From Bacillota bacterium (GTDB lineage Bacteria > Bacillota > Sulfobacillia > JAIMAT01): DNA of 64,000 bases. Shown here one piece after another: positions 59,598 to 64,000 of this stretch. The DNA lies in the NCBI GenBank assembly GCA_023511835.1, contig JAIMAT010000002.1:10491-74490 (forward strand), written 5' to 3'. The notes beneath the pieces were generated by a model. That model made no database searches and was not told the origin of the DNA. It saw nothing but the letters and a program-made list of their open reading frames with translations. The translations under genes and the position numbers were made by a program. The stretch's first letter is position 1. Each line of letters starts with the position of its first letter.

Positions 59598-59730
59598 CGG
59601 AATCCCTCCCTAGAGGTCGTCTCGGCCGACCCGCAGGAAGGGATTTCGCCGCGCCGTGCGGCGCGCCTCCCGCGCGACCCCGGCCCCGGCTCGCCGCCGC
59701 CGGGTTCCGCCGACGCCGGCGCGCCCGGCT

Positions 59731-60117
59731 CTAGAGCGCGACCCCCAGCATGCCGCCGGCCGCCCCGAGCCCCATCCCCAGGACCAACTCGCGCAGGAGC
59801 GGGAGGCGGGCGACGCCCCCGCCGGCCAGGGTGTCCACCAGCACGGCCAGCAGCACGTAGACCGCGCCCGCCAGGCCGCCGTGCAGCCAGCCCAGCCGGT
59901 CGGCGGCGCGGCCGGCCGCCAGACCGCCCGCCAGCGGCGCCAGCAGGCCGGCGTAGAAGCCGCCCCGCGCCAGCCAGGGATCGCTCAACCGGCTGAAGTG
60001 CCCCACCAGCGTCAGCGCCACGGCCAGCACCGCGGCCGCCACGAGGGAGACCGCCAGCCCCGTCGCCAGCGCCGCCGCCGAGAAGGCCGCCCCGGCCGTC
60101 TCCCGACTCGTCCGCAC
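59731..60117 (-). CDS. small hypothetical membrane protein (3-4 TM)
   Basis: GTG start behind AGGAGGGGAG; the upstream extension of the ORF to 60687 is Arg/Pro/Gly-rich and probably spurious. Confidence 0.4.
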   Translation of the reverse strand: MRTSRETAGAAFSAAALATGLAVSLVAAAVLAVALTLVGHFSRLSDPWLARGGFYAGLLAPLAGGLAAGRAADRLGWLHGGLAGAVYVLLAVLVDTLAGGGVARLPLLRELVLGMGLGAAGGMLGVAL

Positions 60118-60266
60118 GCCCTCTCCCCTCCTGCTCCTATGTGCGGAGGGGGTCGTCCCATGCCAGGGGCCGGTCCGCTGCATGCGGACCGGCCCCGTTC
60201 GGAGCGGGCCCCCGGGTGGCCCGTCATCGGCATCCCCCGCGCCGCCGCCGCGAACCGCGGGGGCGC

Positions 60267-60488
60267 CTATTCGGGCCGGCCGAGCCTCTTCTCGGCGAAG
60301 CGGATCATCCGCCGCACCATCTGCCCGCCGATCCGTCCCACCTCGCGGGTGGTCATGCCACCCCACCCACGCCGGCGGATGTCGTCGCGCAGACCCAGCT
60401 CGCCGGCCACCTCGTACTTCAGCTGGTCGAGCTCCCGCTCGGCCCGAGGGTTCTCGACGCGACGGCCACCGTGCCTCGCCATCTGCAA
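60267..60488 (-). CDS. ssp: alpha/beta-type small acid-soluble spore protein
   Basis: LKYEVAGELGLRDDIRRRGWGGMTTREVGRIGGQMVRRMIRFAEK matches the SspA/SspB family (KYEIAQEFGV...GSVGGEITKRLV). Confidence 0.8.
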   Translation of the reverse strand: MQMARHGGRRVENPRAERELDQLKYEVAGELGLRDDIRRRGWGGMTTREVGRIGGQMVRRMIRFAEKRLGRPE

Positions 60489-60553
60489 CCCCCCGTGTCG
60501 GCGCGCGCCGCCGACACCTATACCCTGCGCCGCCGCGCCGCCCGCTACTCGCG

Positions 60554-63421
60554 TCAGATCCCGGCGGCGGAGCCGGCCCTAGGCGTCCCTGGCTCGCCCA
60601 GCCACTCGGCCACGCGCTCGACCACCTCGCCGGCCGGCGCCACGAGCAGAGAGGGACCGGGCAGCGAGTCGAGGAAAATTTTCCCATAACTCCGGCGCGG
60701 ATCGACCAGGCGGCTGTCCAGCACCACCACCGCGCCCCGGTCGCCGGCGCGCCGAATGAGGCGGCCGAAGCCCTGCTTGAAGCGGATGACGGCGTCGGGC
60801 ACCGCCACCCCCAGGAAGCCGTTCCCCCCCGCGCGGTCCATCAGCTCGCTCCGCGCCGCCAGCAGCGGCGAGGTGGGCGGGGCGAAGGGCAGCTTGACCA
60901 TCACCACGCAGCTGAGCGCATCGCCGGGCACGTCGACGCCCTCCCAGAAGCTGCTCGAGCCCAGCACCACGCTGCCCTGGTCGGCGCGGAGAGCCTCCGC
61001 CAGCCGGCTGCGGCTGCCGTCCAGCCCCTGTGCCAGCAGCTCCAGCCCCTCCGCCTCCAGGCGCGGCTTGAGCAGGAAGTAGACCGAGCGGAGCATCCGG
61101 TGGGAGGTGAAGAGGACCAGAGCGCGCCCGCCGGTGCGGGGCAGGAGCGCGGCCAGAAAGTCGGCCACCGCCGCCGAGGCGGCCGGCTCACGGCCCAGGT
61201 CGGGCAGGTCGGAGGGGACGGCCAGCAGCGCCTGCTCGCGGTAGCGGAAGGGCGACTCCACCACCAGCCGCTCCAGGCGATCGTCCTCCTCGAGCCCGAG
61301 CTGTCCCAGGAGGGGTGAAAAGTCGCCGGCGACGGTCAGCGTGGCTGAGGTGAGGACGGCGGCCTCCAGGTCCTGCCAGAGGCGCTCGCGCAGGAGCGCG
61401 CCCGGCTCCACCGGCGCCGCCGCCAGGAGCGGGCTGACCGCCAGGCGGCCGTCGCGGCGGCGGGCCAGCGGCTCCAGCCAGACCACCGTCGACGAGGGGT
61501 CGGCGGCGAGGATGCTCTCCATCGCCTCCAGCTCGCGCGCCGTCTCCGCCCGCGCCGCCTCCAGCTCCAGGCGCAGCTCGGCGCGCAGCTCGCGCCCCGC
61601 CGGGAGCCGCTGGGCCAGCCGCTCCAGCTCGGCCGCCAGCCGCCCGAGCCGGTCGCGCCAGGTGGCTCCCAGCTCGGCCAGCCTGCCCTGCCGGCCGAGC
61701 CCGCCGGGAAGCCGCTCCGCCCCCGCCGGCACCGTCTCCCCGCCCGCACCGGCGGTCGCCCGCCAGCGCGCCCCCAGGGCCTGCCAGAAGTCGCGCCCCG
61801 CCTGGCGCGACTCCTGGGCGGCCAGGCGGGCGCGCTCCAGCGCCGCGGCCAGCTCGGCGCCGAAGGCGGGCGCCGCCGCCAGGGGCGCCAGGGCGCCCAG
61901 GAGCCCGCGGCGCGGCGAGAGGAGCCGCTCGGCGTTCTCCTCGGCCTCCTCGGCCGAGAGCCGGACGCCGAAGTGGTGGGCGGCCTGCTCGGCCAGGTGG
62001 TGGGCCTCGTCCAGGACGGCGTGGGCGAAGGGCGGCAGGACCTGTTCGCCGGCGGCGTAGTGGGCGAGGAGCAGCGAGTGGTTGACCACCAGGAGGTCGG
62101 CCCGCTCCGCCTCGCGTCGCGCCCGCAGCCAGAAGCAGCGCTCCGCCCAGCGGCAGTCGGCGCCCAGGCAGGCCTGGGCGTCCACCGCCAGCCGCGCCCA
62201 GAGCCGCTCCTCCTCGCCGAAGAGCGGCGCCTCGCTGCGGTCGCCGCGGCGGGTGCGGGCGAGCCAGCTGCTCAGGCGCGCCAGAGCGGGCCGCTCGGCT
62301 TCCTCCACCGAGGCGGGGTCGGAGGCGAGCCGCTCCCAGCGCAGGAGGCAGAGGTACTGGCTGCGTCCCTTGAGCAGGGCGGCGCGGAAGGGGACGGGCA
62401 GGTGGCGGGCCAGCCAGGGCAGCTCCTTCTCCCAGAGCTGCTCCTGGAGGTTGACGGTATGGGTGGCCACCACCACCCGGCGCCGCTCCCGGCTGGCGAA
62501 GAGGAGGGCGGGCACCAGGTAGGCCAGCGACTTGCCCGTGCCCGTCCCCGCCTCCACCACCAGGTGGAGGCCCCGGCGGAGCGCCCGCTCCACCGCCGCC
62601 GCCATGCGCGCCTGGCCGGGACGCGCCTCGAAGCCCTCCAGGCGGCCGAGGAGCCCGTCGGGAGCGAAGAGCTCGGCCGCCCCGGACGGCGGCCGCCCGC
62701 CGTCGCCGCGGCCGACGAGGACGAAGGCCTCTCCGCCCGCCGCCTCCCTCTCCTCCCCGTCCGCCTCCGGGGCGAGGAGAAGGCGCGGCCGGGGCGGCGG
62801 CGCGGCGGGACCGGGGGGCGCCGCCTCCCCGGCGAGCAGGTCGACCAGTGGCGAGGCGGTGGGCAGAAGCCAGGCCAGGAGCGTCTCGCGCAGCTCCGGC
62901 GCCAGCTCCTCCAGGCGTTCCAGCAGGCGGGCGAAGAGGCGGGCCGTCGCCTCGGCGTCGGCGGCGGCGTCGTGGGCGCGCTCGAGGCCTAGCCCGTAGG
63001 ACCGCGCCAGCTGCGCCAGCTGGTAGCCGGGCAGGAGCGGGTCGAGCAGCCGGACCAGCTCCAGGGTGTCGTAGCAGCGGTTGGTGAGGGGCGGGAGGCC
63101 TTCCTGGTGCAGCGCGCGGTCGAGAAAGGCCAGGTCGAAGGCGGCGTTGTGCGCCACCAAGGGGTCGTCGCCCGCGAAGGCGGCGAAGTCGCGCAGAGCC
63201 TCCGCCGCCGGCGGCGCCCGCCGGAGCGCCTCGGGGCGGAGGCCGGTCAGCCGGACGACGGCCAGCGGCAGCTCGCCCTCGAAGCGCAGCAGGCGGTCGA
63301 AGCGGGCGGCGACGGCGCCGTCCTCCCAGCGGACGGCGCCCAGTTGGAGGATCCGGTCCCGCGCCGGATCGAGGCCGCTGGTCTCGGTGTCAAAGGCGAC
63401 GAAACGCTTCGAGCCGGCCAC
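60554..63421 (-). CDS. dinG: DinG-family ATP-dependent helicase with an N-terminal DnaQ-like 3'-5' exonuclease domain (Bacillus-type DinG)
   Basis: Exo I motif FVAFDTETSGL, Exo II/III motifs, then DEAH-type Rad3 helicase domains (VLDEAHHL). Confidence 0.85.
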   Translation of the reverse strand: MAGSKRFVAFDTETSGLDPARDRILQLGAVRWEDGAVAARFDRLLRFEGELPLAVVRLTGLRPEALRRAPPAAEALRDFAAFAGDDPLVAHNAAFDLAFLDRALHQEGLPPLTNRCYDTLELVRLLDPLLPGYQLAQLARSYGLGLERAHDAAADAEATARLFARLLERLEELAPELRETLLAWLLPTASPLVDLLAGEAAPPGPAAPPPRPRLLLAPEADGEEREAAGGEAFVLVGRGDGGRPPSGAAELFAPDGLLGRLEGFEARPGQARMAAAVERALRRGLHLVVEAGTGTGKSLAYLVPALLFASRERRRVVVATHTVNLQEQLWEKELPWLARHLPVPFRAALLKGRSQYLCLLRWERLASDPASVEEAERPALARLSSWLARTRRGDRSEAPLFGEEERLWARLAVDAQACLGADCRWAERCFWLRARREAERADLLVVNHSLLLAHYAAGEQVLPPFAHAVLDEAHHLAEQAAHHFGVRLSAEEAEENAERLLSPRRGLLGALAPLAAAPAFGAELAAALERARLAAQESRQAGRDFWQALGARWRATAGAGGETVPAGAERLPGGLGRQGRLAELGATWRDRLGRLAAELERLAQRLPAGRELRAELRLELEAARAETARELEAMESILAADPSSTVVWLEPLARRRDGRLAVSPLLAAAPVEPGALLRERLWQDLEAAVLTSATLTVAGDFSPLLGQLGLEEDDRLERLVVESPFRYREQALLAVPSDLPDLGREPAASAAVADFLAALLPRTGGRALVLFTSHRMLRSVYFLLKPRLEAEGLELLAQGLDGSRSRLAEALRADQGSVVLGSSSFWEGVDVPGDALSCVVMVKLPFAPPTSPLLAARSELMDRAGGNGFLGVAVPDAVIRFKQGFGRLIRRAGDRGAVVVLDSRLVDPRRSYGKIFLDSLPGPSLLVAPAGEVVERVAEWLGEPGTPRAGSAAGI

Positions 63422-63875
63422 CCCCGGCCCATTGTAACGTTCTCTCCGCCAGGGCCACGGCCAGCGCCAGCGGGAGGCAGAACTGGAGGACGGCCAGGTG
63501 GGCGTAGGCCAGCGAGGCCCAGAAGCCGCGCCAGGGGAGGGGGTTGGAGCCGAGCACGGCCAGCACGTAGCCCAGCGAGGCCAGGCCGCCGCCGGCGAGG
63601 CCGCGCAGCCAGGGCGCCAGGCGCCAGGGCAGGAGGAGGCCCAGCTCGCCCAGGCCCAGGCCGAGCACGCCCAGGAGCAGGAAGAGCGGCACGAGCGGCC
63701 CCTCGGCGCCGCTGAAGAGCGCCCGCAGCAGGTAGGCCCAGTAGGCCGGCGCGAAGAGCTCGCGCCCTGCGCTCAGCCCGAGAAAGATCAGGAGCGCGGC
63801 CAGCCCTGCCGCCGCCCCGGCCAGCAGCAGGACGGCCAGATGGCGCACCGCCGACACGGCTTCCACCGCCTTCAC
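63390..63875 (-). CDS. hypothetical membrane protein (4-5 TM); its 3' end overlaps the dinG start by about 30 nt
   Basis: Hydrophobic ORF; could be spurious given the GC bias. Confidence 0.3.
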   Translation of the reverse strand: MKAVEAVSAVRHLAVLLLAGAAAGLAALLIFLGLSAGRELFAPAYWAYLLRALFSGAEGPLVPLFLLLGVLGLGLGELGLLLPWRLAPWLRGLAGGGLASLGYVLAVLGSNPLPWRGFWASLAYAHLAVLQFCLPLALAVALAERTLQWAGGGRLEAFRRL

Positions 63876-64000
63876 CGCGCGCTACCCGAGCCTATGGGAA
63901 GCCGCGGCGCGGCATGCCACCCCCGCCGGCCGGCGGCCGCCCGGCGGCGCGCCGTCAGAGGCCGAGGCCGAGGTGGGCGGTGTCGTTCCAGCGCAGGAGG

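Noticed and set aside
60489-60553. Sigma-G-type forespore promoter upstream of the SASP gene
   Set aside because: Best match (GAGTA-N18-CAGGGTA) deviates from GHATR-N17/18-CATNNTA at key positions; too weak to call.

Overview
This is a 64-kb, very high-GC (about 72-74%) and gene-dense chromosomal segment. It appears to come from a Gram-positive, endospore-former-like lineage, most consistent with a Thermaerobacter- or Symbiobacterium-type high-GC clostridial organism; that assignment is an inference from GC content plus gene content (alpha/beta-type SASP, SpoVK-like AAA+, RNase Y-YmdB, RicA/YmcA, BshC, MrfA/MrfB, CinA-RecA-RecX, GlnR-GlnA). Nearly all of it is core housekeeping: AsnRS, RimO and MiaB methylthiotransferases, MutS-MutL-MiaA, RecA-RecX, RNase Y, LexA, DinG, EtfBA with an Fe-S oxidoreductase and acyl-CoA dehydrogenase, a four-subunit 2-oxoacid:ferredoxin oxidoreductase, glutamine synthetase, arginine deiminase and a MacAB-type ABC efflux set. 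No CRISPR array, rRNA, tRNA or mobile element was recognised. Because of the GC content, every frame contains long spurious Ala/Arg/Pro/Gly-rich ORFs; I called genes only where the translation matches a protein family I recognise or has a clear RBS and sensible organisation. The points most worth a second look are: (1) lexA is divergent from a split, order-swapped coaB-coaC pair, and the shared 114-bp spacer carries a Cheo-like palindrome overlapping a -35 element; (2) a translationally coupled chain of GNAT, small membrane protein, N-terminally minimal FtsH paralog, CinA-C, ThpR, RecA and RecX; (3) a SpoVK-like AAA+ gene coupled to an uncharacterised P-loop NTPase-like ORF; (4) a GT4, (alpha/alpha)6-like and PMI-type cupin sugar module; (5) a roughly 350-bp non-coding stretch between recX and rny that ends in an intrinsic terminator; (6) several small or uncharacterised ORFs (Zn-ribbon protein near csp, Cys-variant cupredoxin-like lipoprotein plus membrane protein, RicA-like ORF wedged between miaB and mutS). 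I found nothing I could defend as a wholly new multi-gene system; the findings are hypotheses with explicit tests. Hand-called motif coordinates may be off by 1-2 nt.
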